Below are positions 20,910 to 31,600 of a stretch of DNA of 64,000 nt, piece after piece. Numbering within the stretch: position 1 is the first letter of the stretch; every line of letters begins with the position of its first letter. Position numbers and translations under genes: made by a program. Location of the stretch: NCBI GenBank assembly GCA_963740355.1, contig CAVUDW010000003.1, forward strand, positions 544,001-608,000, read 5' to 3'. Source of the DNA: an uncultured Gemmatimonadaceae bacterium (GTDB lineage: Bacteria; Gemmatimonadota; Gemmatimonadetes; Gemmatimonadales; Gemmatimonadaceae). The notes under the pieces are model-generated. The model ran no database searches. It was not told the DNA's origin and saw only the letters and a program-made list of their open reading frames with translations.

Positions 20910-21752
20910 ATGCCACCGTCGACATGCGAACCGACAGCTACTGAACAGGCGCCTTCGGAATTTATTCGGTTCCGCCGCGCCGTCAACGAGGTCTTTGAGG
21001 ATTATCCTCCAGAGACCGTCGGACCAGGCGTTGCCCGACTCCTCCTCGGCGTGCAGCGACGCGTGCTCGACGCCGCGTTGGCGCACCTGTCGCCGTCTGG
21101 CGAGTTCTCAAACCAAGTGCCGGTCGCTCAGCGGGGTGACCCGGCAGCGTCGTCCGCGGAGACAACCGAGCGGCATGGCGATGCTGTCGCTGCATCATCA
21201 GCGCCTCCCGTCGTCGACGTACGCGCGCCGGACACGCGCGTCCGCCCTGAGGTAGTTGCCATCGTCCCATACGGCGGCGCACCGGACGAGCCGCTGATGG
21301 AGCCGACGCCGAATCCGGGGGGCTTGGACCACGTCCCCGAGCAGGTGGTCGCAGACGAAGAGCCCGTCTGGGCGTTCCCGGCGCCCCCGACCCCGACGGC
21401 CGACGCTGTCGATCCCGTCAGGTCAGCGCTCGGCGATGCGGCGACCGCCGCACTCCAGCGCCAGCGCGCTGCGGCCCTCGTTGCCTCGGCAACAGGGCCG
21501 ATGATGCCTGCGGTCTCGCCAGGAGCCGCACCATGCCCCGCCAACGCCCCGTTCGCATCGACCACGTCACGCCCCGTGGCATCGCCGTCGTCATCGAAGA
21601 TCGACCCGGCCGACCGTCGGCCCAACTCCGGTGGTGGGACCCCGCCACGCAGACCACCCAACGGCTGGCCATGGGCATCGCAACGCGCGATGCCCATGGA
21701 CGCCGCTCCCCGCAACACCTCACCCTCCTCCGCGAGCTCGCAGACCGCATGA
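20910..21752 (+). CDS. Hypothetical protein, Pro/Ala-rich C-terminus; 3' end uncertain
   Basis: Divergent from the HTH gene with a protein-like N-terminus; overlaps the next gene by 220 nt, so the true stop may be earlier. Confidence 0.4.
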   Translation: MPPSTCEPTATEQAPSEFIRFRRAVNEVFEDYPPETVGPGVARLLLGVQRRVLDAALAHLSPSGEFSNQVPVAQRGDPAASSAETTERHGDAVAASSAPPVVDVRAPDTRVRPEVVAIVPYGGAPDEPLMEPTPNPGGLDHVPEQVVADEEPVWAFPAPPTPTADAVDPVRSALGDAATAALQRQRAAALVASATGPMMPAVSPGAAPCPANAPFASTTSRPVASPSSSKIDPADRRPNSGGGTPPRRPPNGWPWASQRAMPMDAAPRNTSPSSASSQTA

Positions 21753-23413
21753 TTGAAGAACACACTACCACAACCGCCGCGCACACCGCAGCGCCAGCAG
21801 CAACCGAACCGGCGACGATTCGCCACGCGTTCGACACTGCGCTGGACCCGCGTACAGGGAAGGCGCGTGCCGCAGGCTCCGAGCAGAACGCGGACTGGAA
21901 GCGCGCGTCCCGTGAGGCGTTGGCCGCCCTTGGCGCCGAACGGCGGATCCGCGATCTCAGCGGATACGATGCGAAGTTGCTTGTGCAGTCGTGCCTCCTG
22001 CGGCAGGCCGCCGGGCAGTCGCTAGAGGTCTGGACCGAGCACCTCGATGCGGTGCGTGCGAGACGCCCGACCGGTACCCTTCTGACGCTGGACGACCTCT
22101 TGGCGGTGCACGCCGCCCTGTGTCCAGTCGCAGCCACGAATGCGGCGCTTGGCGGCTTGCGCACCTGCGAACTGACGATGCACAACGTCCGGGCGATGCT
22201 GCGATACGTCCGCGCGTACGCACCCGGCACCTTCGCCGGCGTGGAGCAATTCCAACTCGTCGAGCAGTTGGATCTCCTCCTCGCGTCCGTCGCCACAGAA
22301 ATCAACGCGACCGTCAACACGAAGGTCAATCGGCAGCGTCCTGCGCTTGAACACGCACGCCGACTAATGCTCCGCGTCATGGACCCGAGGCATCGCACGC
22401 TCACGATCCTGACGGTGGCCTGTGGACGTCCCGGTGCATACCGGGTGCGCCGCTGTCATATCGAACGCGAGGTCGGCAAGGCGCGGTACCGCATCCGCGA
22501 AACGAAGAGCGACGGATCGCTGGCACTCGGCTACAAGTATGTCGCCGGTCACGCGGCGGCATTCCTCGAGGCGGAGCTGGCGACCACCTTCCGCGACTTC
22601 GAGGCACGCTGGCTCGAATCGCGCGAGGACTATGCGCTCCTGCACGGGCATGACTGGGATGGCACGGCGTTGGTCCCTGACGCGAGCGCCGGCTTGCTCT
22701 ACATCGACCCGCGGTTCCGCCTCCTGCTGATCCTCGGCGTGGAAGGCCGCCTCGAGCAGCAGGGCCGCTTGAGCTATCGCATGCTGCAGCGTGTCGAGGG
22801 TGGGATGCTGGCGCTGCGGAGCCCGGGTCGGGACAAAAAGCGCGCGTCGGACCTCGTGCTGTGTGACGCGCAGGTCGAGGCCATCGCCTTCGAGTGCACC
22901 GTGGGCTTTCTCGCGCCGCTGATGAAGGCGTACGACGCGACGCAGGCGCGGGTGGCACGGGGGCTGACGGCGCCACCTAGCGAGATCGATGTGCACGACT
23001 TCCCTCTCGCGCCCGCAGGCCAACTGGCAATGGGGCAGGCGCGCGCCGTCGCCGTCTCGCTCCAGCCGTCCGATGACCGCACGCTGTGGGACTGGAACAA
23101 GCCGCTGCTCGACGCGCTCGGCATCAAGGGCGAGGGCACGTCGCTGCGCGCGTGGCGGCGCCTGTGCGTCGACCTGTACAAGCAGTGGCGCCTCGATCCG
23201 GATGTGCATCGCCTCGTGACCGGCCACGGCGCGGTGTCCGTCGCTGGCGACCTGCAGCGCGATGACCAGGAGGACACCTTGCAGACCATCTACTTCAATC
23301 AGGCCGCACTGCACCTGGCCCAGGAGGCGCAGGCCGTGATGCAGCACATGCGGACCACGTTTCCGGCATCGGGAGCGCCATACCGCCGAATCGTGACCGA
23401 CACACTGCAGTAG
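21533..23413 (+). CDS. Highly divergent tyrosine recombinase (putative island integrase)
   Basis: AGGAG RBS; LLLILGVEGRLEQ (box I R), DKKR (K), SLRAWRR...LVTGH (box II) and LQTIYF (Y) in canonical order; ends 127 bp before the tRNA 3' end. Confidence 0.65.
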   Translation: MPRQRPVRIDHVTPRGIAVVIEDRPGRPSAQLRWWDPATQTTQRLAMGIATRDAHGRRSPQHLTLLRELADRMIEEHTTTTAAHTAAPAATEPATIRHAFDTALDPRTGKARAAGSEQNADWKRASREALAALGAERRIRDLSGYDAKLLVQSCLLRQAAGQSLEVWTEHLDAVRARRPTGTLLTLDDLLAVHAALCPVAATNAALGGLRTCELTMHNVRAMLRYVRAYAPGTFAGVEQFQLVEQLDLLLASVATEINATVNTKVNRQRPALEHARRLMLRVMDPRHRTLTILTVACGRPGAYRVRRCHIEREVGKARYRIRETKSDGSLALGYKYVAGHAAAFLEAELATTFRDFEARWLESREDYALLHGHDWDGTALVPDASAGLLYIDPRFRLLLILGVEGRLEQQGRLSYRMLQRVEGGMLALRSPGRDKKRASDLVLCDAQVEAIAFECTVGFLAPLMKAYDATQARVARGLTAPPSEIDVHDFPLAPAGQLAMGQARAVAVSLQPSDDRTLWDWNKPLLDALGIKGEGTSLRAWRRLCVDLYKQWRLDPDVHRLVTGHGAVSVAGDLQRDDQEDTLQTIYFNQAALHLAQEAQAVMQHMRTTFPASGAPYRRIVTDTLQ

Positions 23414-23477
23414 TTCGCCTCGAACTCGCGACCCGATGAGGACAGAATCGGGGACAAAACGACACCAGAAACGGCAC

Positions 23478-23510
23478 CGACCCCCTGAATCGCAAAGATT
23501 CAGGGGGTCG
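23478..23510. terminator. Perfect 14-bp hairpin between the convergent integrase and tRNA
   Basis: CGACCCCCTGAATC-GCAAA-GATTCAGGGGGTCG; no clear U-tract. Confidence 0.55.
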
Positions 23511-23540
23511 TAACTCATTATGCTACAATGCTTTTCACTA

Positions 23541-23614
23541 TCGGGACGACAGGATTCGAACCTGCGACCCCCTGAACCCCATTCAGGTGCGCTACCGGGC
23601 TGCGCTACGTCCCG
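23541..23614 (-). tRNA. tRNA-Pro(GGG)
   Basis: CGGGACGTAGCGCAGCCCGGTAGCGCACCTGAATGGGGTTCAGGGGGTCGCAGGTTCGAATCCTGTCGTCCCGA; cloverleaf with anticodon GGG; CCA not encoded. Confidence 0.97.
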
Positions 23615-23683
23615 TCAGAACTCCAGCCCAGACCGGCACCGGCGTCCAACAGTCCCCAAAGCTAACCCCGCCACGCCCGCCGT

Positions 23684-25954
23684 TCAATCAGCCAGCGGCA
23701 ATCCCTCTGGGTGCCCATGCGCGCCGGCAAGGAACTCCGCCACCTGCCCGGCGGCACGGACCGGCGCCAGCGCCGTCTTCGCGATCCCCGAAAACACCCG
23801 CGTGATGTCGTGATCGACACGACCCGGCTCCGACCACACCGCGCCACTCGCCACCGTGACGTACGCCGAAAACGTGTGGTGCCCGGTGCCAGGCCGCTCG
23901 CCGATGATGTGCACGATCGCACACCGGTCCCGCCGACCCTCGAACAACGTCTCGCCCACGCGATAGCCGGCCCGCACTCGGCCTGAATGGATCACCAGCT
24001 GCTGCGGCGCGACCTGCCAGCCGGAATCGGCCAACTCATCGCGCAGCGTGTCGACGAATGGCGCGAGCTGATCCGGCTCGATGATCGCAAGCGCGTTCAA
24101 CCCGTCCGACACCAATATCTGCAGATCATACTTGCCCTCGTGCAACGCGCGCATGGTCGCGACCGTCTGCACCGAGCGCGCCGACAGGTGCTCCCCGGTC
24201 ACGGGATGCAGGATGTAATCCTCCCGCGACGTGGATTGCGTCTCGAGCACGACCGCGCGCGACTGTCGCTCGACGAACTCCGACGGCAGTGTCGCCCAGA
24301 ACGCGAGCTTGGCATCGTCGTAGACCGCGCGAATCTGCTGATCGAGCGCGGGCGACAGGTCGCCATTCCGCTCGCCGCACCCTTCAGCGATGAAGATGCC
24401 ACGTGCCCGCACCTCCGCCATCTGCCGCGCCGCCTCGGCACGCAGGTCGGCATCGGGACGAGTGTCACCTCTCCGCCGCTGATACGCGATGAACACGGCA
24501 CCTGAATCACCAAAGTTCGGTCCCGCGCGACCCGCAGCATCCAGCACACCGAGCGATTCGAAAAATACCTGCATCGGAGGATTGACCGCCTTTCCAAACT
24601 GCTCGCGTAGCCGAACGTGATCCTGAAAGCCCGTCGTGAGATACCCGAGCATGGGATCGACCTTCGTCGGCAACGCCATCAGGTACGCCGGACACGCGGG
24701 AAGCACCTGTTCGAGACACCAATCGAGGTCATCGAGCGAGATGTCCATGTGCAGCGTGGCACAGACGTCGAGGCCGATGGTGAGGCCATGCAGCTTGCCC
24801 ATCACCAGGTCCTCGAGACAGCAGCGCACGAGCTGCTCCCGCGTGCGAAATACTTCCGGCCCGATGAATCCGGCGACGTCGTTGACGATCACCCACGGCT
24901 GCGCCTCGCGACCGGCACGTTGCCTCGCCTCGGACGCCCATTCACCGAGCAGCCTCGCAAAGCCGTACTTCCGCGACTCGTGAATCACCATGTCCACACC
25001 ATTCGCGTGGCCGTTCGTGCAGTCCGCCCCCTGCCCCGTCTCGAAATACAGGCTGAATGGGCCGTCACGCGTCGCAGCGTGCGCAATCATGCCGTCAACC
25101 GTGACATCGAACGTCTGGTTCGCGACATCACTCCCCGCGATACTCTGGAACCAGAGCGCCGTGCTACCGGGGTGAGTACGCTCGACTTCCGCCTGCACAT
25201 CGATGTGCGCCAGCACACAGTGCGGAATGGCGTCCTCCAGATCGAACGTGCGGATCACATCCTGCAGCGTGCGCTCGACAACCGCCACCGACCGCGGGTC
25301 ACTCGAGACGGGATTGGTGCCGAGTAGGACGTCACCCACACCGTACGACCAGCCATCGAACACCTGCCACCGGATATCGTCCGGATGGTCGGTCGGCGAA
25401 TTCGGCTGCAGGCGCGCGCCGAGGAAACCCGCAGCCCCGATGGAACTTCCGGGCAACGCATGCGAAAACTTTGCACTGACGCGAATCAACTCGTCGTTCG
25501 TGAGCAGCTTGACGACGCAACCAATCACTTCGCTCGAGAGGTGTCGCGCAATGCCGTTCAGCGACTCGGCGCTTCCACGGAGCATCATCGTTGCGAGCTC
25601 ACCAAGTGTCGTGTCAGCAGACATCTCCCGCGCCACGGGATCGATGCGCGCGCTAAGCACGTGCGACAGCTGGTCGTCGAACAACGGATGCTCGTCGATG
25701 GCACCGAGTGTGGTGGCGCGCAACAAGGCCCTCGCCACTCCTCGACTTGTGTCATCACTTGCCCCCACACCAACGGCGACGTCGCCCTCCTTGTGTTCGT
25801 TTGCCGCGCCGAGCAACTGACCGAACCGGCGCCTGTCATACGCACCGTGAGTCCGGATCAGATAGGCGAAGATGTCCTCGCCAGGCAGCGCCTCGGCCAA
25901 CGCCGTCGTGGGCGGCGGGGCAGACGTCGCAGACAGAATCTCGTCCATTGGCAC
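23684..25954 (-). CDS. eutB: Ethanolamine ammonia-lyase, EutB-EutC fusion
   Basis: EutB motifs ([40 protein letters not shown]) followed in frame by EutC motifs ([22 protein letters not shown]). Confidence 0.9.
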   Translation of the reverse strand: MPMDEILSATSAPPPTTALAEALPGEDIFAYLIRTHGAYDRRRFGQLLGAANEHKEGDVAVGVGASDDTSRGVARALLRATTLGAIDEHPLFDDQLSHVLSARIDPVAREMSADTTLGELATMMLRGSAESLNGIARHLSSEVIGCVVKLLTNDELIRVSAKFSHALPGSSIGAAGFLGARLQPNSPTDHPDDIRWQVFDGWSYGVGDVLLGTNPVSSDPRSVAVVERTLQDVIRTFDLEDAIPHCVLAHIDVQAEVERTHPGSTALWFQSIAGSDVANQTFDVTVDGMIAHAATRDGPFSLYFETGQGADCTNGHANGVDMVIHESRKYGFARLLGEWASEARQRAGREAQPWVIVNDVAGFIGPEVFRTREQLVRCCLEDLVMGKLHGLTIGLDVCATLHMDISLDDLDWCLEQVLPACPAYLMALPTKVDPMLGYLTTGFQDHVRLREQFGKAVNPPMQVFFESLGVLDAAGRAGPNFGDSGAVFIAYQRRRGDTRPDADLRAEAARQMAEVRARGIFIAEGCGERNGDLSPALDQQIRAVYDDAKLAFWATLPSEFVERQSRAVVLETQSTSREDYILHPVTGEHLSARSVQTVATMRALHEGKYDLQILVSDGLNALAIIEPDQLAPFVDTLRDELADSGWQVAPQQLVIHSGRVRAGYRVGETLFEGRRDRCAIVHIIGERPGTGHHTFSAYVTVASGAVWSEPGRVDHDITRVFSGIAKTALAPVRAAGQVAEFLAGAHGHPEGLPLAD

Positions 25955-25956
25955 TC

Positions 25957-27348
25957 CTACGAAACGTCGACCGCAGGCAAAATGGCGGGATCGTTGGCAG
26001 CCGCGGTACGTCGAGTCGCGGTCGTCAGGAAATAGAGATAGCCCACCACGCCCAATCCGACAAACAACGTCGCCATCAGCGGATTGAAGTACACCATGGT
26101 CAGCAGGCAGATCACGGCCGCCATCAGCGCAAAGCCCGGGAAAATCGGGAACGCCGGTGCGCGGAACGGTCGAGCCATCCCGGGCGCCGCACGTCGCAAC
26201 CGGAACAGGCTCGCCATGCTCATGATGTACATCACGATCGCGCCGAACACCGACAGCGTGACGATGCTGGCCGTCAACGGCTGGCCGGCAACCGTCACGA
26301 ATCGGTCACCGAAAACTGCCGCGATCCCGACCGCCCCGCCGGCGGCAATCGCCGCAACCGGTGTACCGCGCCGCGGATGGATGGTCCCGAGCACCTTCGG
26401 CAGGTAGCCGGCGCGCGACAGTGCAAAAATCTGCCGCGAATAACCGATGATGATGCCATGGAACGACGCCAGCAGACCGAACAGGCCAAGCCACACCAAC
26501 ATGTGCAGCCATCCGCTCTGTGAGCCAACAATCATCTTCATCGCCTGCGGCAAGGGATCGTTGATGTTCGCCAGCTGCCGCCAGTCGCCACTGCCGCCGG
26601 CAAATACCATGACGCCGATTGCGAGCAGCGCGAGAGTCGCGATGCCACCGATGTAGGCGATCGGGATCGAGCGGTGCGGCGTCTTCGCTTCCTCGGCTGC
26701 CATCGCCACGCCTTCGATCGCGAGAAAGAACCAGATGGCGAATGGAATCGCCGCCACGATGCCGCTCACTGAGCCAAGCGAGAACCGATCGGCGCCGCTC
26801 CAACCGCCGCGCGTGAAGTTCGCGAGCGTGAAGCCTGGGGCCACGACGCCCATGAACACCAGCAGCTCGACGATCGCGACGATGGTCACGATCAGCTCGA
26901 AGCTGGCGGCGATCGTCATCCCGATAATGTTGAGCGCCATGAACACGACGTACGCACCGACGGCAATCCACGTGGCACTGACGGACGGGAACTGCACGTT
27001 CATGTAGGCGCCGATGGCCAATGCAATTGCGGGTGGTGCAAACACGAACTCGACCAGTGTGGCAAAGCCGGCGATGTACCCGCCCGTGGGGCCGAATGCG
27101 CGTCGGCTGTACTCGAAAGGCCCACCGGCATGCGGGATCGCTGTCGTGAGCTCCGTGAAGCTGAAGATGAACGTGGTGTACATCAGCGTGATGAACGCCA
27201 CGGTCACCAGAAACCCAAGCGTCCCAGCCGATGCCCAGCCGTAGCTCCATCCGAAGTACTCGCCGGAGATGACGAGTCCGACCGCGATGCCCCAGAGCTG
27301 GAACGTGCCAAGCGTCTTTCCGAGAACACCGGGTGCGGACGCGTTCAC
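25957..27348 (-). CDS. eat: Ethanolamine permease (APC family)
   Basis: LWGIAVGLVISGEYFGWSYGW, ELTTAIPHAGGPF and AIPFAIWFFLAIEG motifs; adjacent to eutBC. Confidence 0.92.
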   Translation of the reverse strand: MNASAPGVLGKTLGTFQLWGIAVGLVISGEYFGWSYGWASAGTLGFLVTVAFITLMYTTFIFSFTELTTAIPHAGGPFEYSRRAFGPTGGYIAGFATLVEFVFAPPAIALAIGAYMNVQFPSVSATWIAVGAYVVFMALNIIGMTIAASFELIVTIVAIVELLVFMGVVAPGFTLANFTRGGWSGADRFSLGSVSGIVAAIPFAIWFFLAIEGVAMAAEEAKTPHRSIPIAYIGGIATLALLAIGVMVFAGGSGDWRQLANINDPLPQAMKMIVGSQSGWLHMLVWLGLFGLLASFHGIIIGYSRQIFALSRAGYLPKVLGTIHPRRGTPVAAIAAGGAVGIAAVFGDRFVTVAGQPLTASIVTLSVFGAIVMYIMSMASLFRLRRAAPGMARPFRAPAFPIFPGFALMAAVICLLTMVYFNPLMATLFVGLGVVGYLYFLTTATRRTAAANDPAILPAVDVS

Positions 27349-27621
27349 GTGGGCTGGTCAGAGGGGAATCGATGCGATGCGCCGGACGTCGTGATGTAAC
27401 CACATCAGGACCGTGTCGATTGTCCAGTCGCAATACGAAGGGGCGACACAAGGATAGCAGATGAGCGTGAGTTCTCATCCCAATGTTCGTGCATGGCCGT
27501 CTCGAACGCGGCACACGGCGTCGGTGTCCCACAGACAGCGGCTCACCGTTGCAGATTCAATGCAGATACCGATGCCGTCATCCCGTTGATCGGTGGCACT
27601 TCCTCACATTCGGACCATCCA

Positions 27622-28638
27622 ATGCGCCTCGCCTTCGCGGTCCCGATCGCCGCTCTGCTATCACTCGCGTCGAGTGCACCGACGTATACCGTGTCGCACC
27701 GTACGGCGCTTGGAGGTGACGGCGGATGGGACTACCTGACGGTGGACACCAGCGCACATCGACTGTTCATCTCGCGCGGCACACACGTGCAGGTCGTGAA
27801 TACGGACACGGATTCGCTCGTCGGTGACATCCCGAACACTCCTGGCGTCCACGGCATCGCCATCAACTCCTCCGCACACCGAGGCTTCACCAGCAACGGC
27901 CGCGATTCGACGGTGACGGTCTTCGACACGAAATCGTTGATGTCTCTCGCCTCGATCCACGTGCCGGCACGCAACCCCGACGCGATCTTCTTCGACGCGG
28001 CATCGCAGCGAGTGTTCACCTTCAACGGCGGCTCTGCGAATGCCACGGCCATCGACGCGAAGAAGTTCGCGGTCGTGGGCACGATCGCACTCGGCGGGAA
28101 GCCCGAATACCCCACCTCCGACGGCGCGGGCACGATTTTCGTCAACATTGAAGACACCCACGAGATCGTGGCCTTCGACGCGAGGGCATTGACCATCAAG
28201 CATCGGTGGCTGCTCGCGGGCTGTGAAGACCCAACTGGGCAGGCAATCGACCGGGCACACCAACGAATCTTTGCCGTGTGTGGAAACAAGGTGATGGTGG
28301 TGATCAACTCGATCACGGGCGCAGCGGTTGCATCGGTCCCGATCGGCGATGGCAGCGACGGCGTGATGTTCGATGACGCTCGCCAGCTCGCCGTAAGCTC
28401 CAACGGCGATGGCTCGATGACGTTCGTGCATGAGGATACGCCGGACAAGTACAGCGTGACGCAGACGCTCCCCACGATGTCGCGGGCTCGCACTCTGACG
28501 CTCGATCAGCGCACGCACACGCTGTACACCGTGAGCGCCGAGTTCGGGGCGGCCCCTGCTCCGACGGCAGAGACGCCGCGTCCGCGCGCACCGATGGTGC
28601 CGGGCACGTTCACACTCTTGACCGTCACCTCGCACTGA
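27622..28638 (+). CDS. Secreted YncE/YVTN-type beta-propeller protein
   Basis: Signal peptide; GGDGGWDYL, GVHGIA and NPDAI repeats. Confidence 0.85.
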   Translation: MRLAFAVPIAALLSLASSAPTYTVSHRTALGGDGGWDYLTVDTSAHRLFISRGTHVQVVNTDTDSLVGDIPNTPGVHGIAINSSAHRGFTSNGRDSTVTVFDTKSLMSLASIHVPARNPDAIFFDAASQRVFTFNGGSANATAIDAKKFAVVGTIALGGKPEYPTSDGAGTIFVNIEDTHEIVAFDARALTIKHRWLLAGCEDPTGQAIDRAHQRIFAVCGNKVMVVINSITGAAVASVPIGDGSDGVMFDDARQLAVSSNGDGSMTFVHEDTPDKYSVTQTLPTMSRARTLTLDQRTHTLYTVSAEFGAAPAPTAETPRPRAPMVPGTFTLLTVTSH

Positions 28639-28658
28639 CACGCAGGTGTATTCGGTAG

Positions 28659-31600
28659 TCAGTTCGGAGCGAGCACGTAGCCACGGCCGCGAATGGCCAT
28701 CAGCAGTGACGGGACGAGAAAGAGCGTGATCGGCGTGGAGAGCGCCAGTCCGCCGAGCACCGCGAGAGCCAGCGGCTTCTGGAGTTCGCTGCCGGTGCCA
28801 AGTCCGAGGGCAAGAGGCAGCAGGCCGAACAGTGTGCACAGCGTCGTCATCAGGATCGGGCGCAGGCGCACGCGCGCTGCGTCTCGCAAGGCCGGCTCGA
28901 GCGCGAGGCCACGATCTCGCATCAGGTGATCGGTGAAGTCCAGGAGGATGATGCCGTTCTTCACGATCAGGCCAACGAGCAGGATTCCACCCATAAAACT
29001 GCTCACGTTCAACGGCGTGCCAGTCACCAGCAGCGCCAGGATCGCTCCCACGAAACTCAGCGGCGCAGCCAGCAGCACGACGAACGGTTCGACGAAGCTG
29101 CGGAACTGGATCACCATCACCGCCACCACGCTGACCGCAGCGAGGCCAAGCACCAGCAGCAGGCTCGCAAACGCGGTCCGCTGACTGGCGTACTGTCCGC
29201 CGAGTTCGAGCCGCATGCCAGCAGGGACAGGGTGGCTGGCGAGGACGGCCCGGACATCCGTCATCACGTCACCAAGGGCCCGATCGGCAACGTCAGCGGT
29301 CAACGTCACCACCTGTTGCTGATTCTCGCGCAGCAGCTCCGCTCGCGCGTTCTGCGGCGTGAAGGTGGCCACGGCGCCCAGTGGTGTCGTGGCCCGGCCT
29401 GCAGCCGTGATCACCGGCAGTGACGAGAGTGCGCTGGCGTCGAAACGTACGGCGTCCGGCGCGCGCACCCGAACCGCGATCGCACGGTCATCGAGTCGGA
29501 GTTCACCAGCATTCACACCAAGGAGCGCGCCACTCACGCTGCTGGCGACCTGCTCCGGCGACACGCCGAGCCGCGCAGACTCCACGCGGTCGATGGCCAT
29601 TGACAGTTCCGCGCTCGGCTCGGCATTCCCATCGTAGAAATCCTCGAGGCCATCCACCTTGCCCATGTCGGTCGCCAACAGCTTTCCGTACGCCTCGAGC
29701 GCGGTGAGGTCCGGGCCGAACAGCTTGATCTCGACCGGCTTCGATGCACCGGCAAGGTCGTTGATCACATCCGACAGGATCTGCACGAACTCGACGCGCA
29801 ACCGCGGCATGGTGGCGGCTGCCGAGTCGCGAATACGACCGATGACATCCGAGGTCGGCACGTCGCGGGCGGCCTTCAAACGCACCACCATGTCGCCGCG
29901 ATTCTGCTCGGTCGCGAACAGGCCCAGTTCCGAGCCAGTCCGACGCGCTGTCGCGGCGATCTCCGGTGTGCGATTGAGCATCACCTCCATCTGGTGGATC
30001 ATGCGATCCGTCTCGTCCAACGCCGTGCCGCCGGGCGACCAGTAGTCGAGCACGAAGGCCCCTTCATCCATCTCGGGCAGGAAGCCGGTGCCCGTGAACC
30101 GATAGGCCACCACACCACCGACGACCAGCACGACGACCGCGCCGCCCACCAGCAGCCTGTGATGCAGCACGCTGTCGAGCGAGCGATCGTACCAGCGCTC
30201 GACAGCGCCTGCACCATGGTCGGCTGATTCGCGCCGTGTGAGATATGCGGCGCAGAGCAGCGGAATTACGGTGAACGCCAGCACCAGGGAGACCAGCACA
30301 GCAATCGTCAACGTCAACGACAGCGCTGCAAAGAATTGGCCTACAACACCTTCCAAGAGCCGAAGCGGCGCAAACACGACCACCGTCGTCAGCGTTGACG
30401 TCGTCACAGGCCACAGGAGTTCCTGGACGGCGTTTCGAATCGCCTCACCCCGATTGGCAGTGAATCCGAGGTGCCGGACGATGTTCTCCGTCACGACGAC
30501 TGCGTCATCGATGACCAGGCCGATGGCGATCGCGAGAGCGCCGAGGGTCATCAGGTTGAAGGTCTGGCCCAGCAGCGACATCAACCAGATGGTGATTGCG
30601 AGCGTCAAGGGAATGACCGACGCGCTGATCGCCGTCACGCGCCAGTTGCGCAGGAAGACCAGCAACACGATCACCGCCAGGGCGGCGCCGATCAGCATGG
30701 CATCGCGCACCGATGCGACCGCATCACGCACCAGCACGGCCTGATCGTAGACCGGCTTGAGGATCACCCCGGAGGGCAGCGTCCTCGCGAACTGCGAGGC
30801 CAGCGCGTCGATACTGTCGGCCATGCGCAAGGTGTTCCCGCCAGGCTGCCGCGTGATGCTGAGCAGCGCGGCGGGCCGTCCGTCGCCGGCGACCAGCCTC
30901 ACGCGATCCTCGCGACCGAGCGTGACGGTCGCCACATCGCGTACGCGAAGTCCGCCGCCGATCGGGATGCTGGCGATGTCGTCTGGCGCCCGTGCCTCGC
31001 TTTGCGTCACGACCAGGTACTGCTTGTAGTCTCGCGCCACTCGTCCCACAGCGTTCACGCTCGTGGCCTGACGAATGGACGTGGCCAGATCGTCATAGCT
31101 CACGCCCACCTGAGCCAGGCGCGTCGGATCGGCAACGACCTCCAGTTCCCGCACGCTGCTTCCCTGCACATCCACGCGACCCACACCTGGCACACGTGCG
31201 AAGACTGGCCCGATCTGGAAGCGTGCGATGTCGTAAAGCGTGGCGGCGTCGCCTCCTTCGAGGTTGTAGCTGACGATGGGAAAGACGGACGGCGTGAGTC
31301 GTTCCACCTGCAGGTCTACCGTCGCGGGCAGGTCACCACGCACCGCATTCACCCGTGCCTGTACGAGTTGCAACGCGACCTGCATGTTGACCGATGGCAA
31401 GAAGGTGACGTTGATCTCACTGCCACCGCGGATGGAGCGCGATTGCACCCGCGTCACGCCAGGGACGACGCTGACGGCCTCCTCGATCGGTCGCGTGACG
31501 GAGAACACTTGTTGCCGCGCACCGAGTGTGCTGCCTTGGGCCAGGATCGCAATTCGGGAGAATTCGAGCTCGGGATAGATCGAGCTGGGGAGACGAATCG

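Larger units (their letters stand above)
1..23540. mobile_element. Heavy-metal resistance genomic island integrated at tRNA-Pro(GGG); left end outside window
   Basis: Integrase-like gene abuts the tRNA 3' end; att-like repeats; dense metal-resistance cargo; core metabolic genes resume beyond the tRNA. Second att site not seen. Confidence 0.65.
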
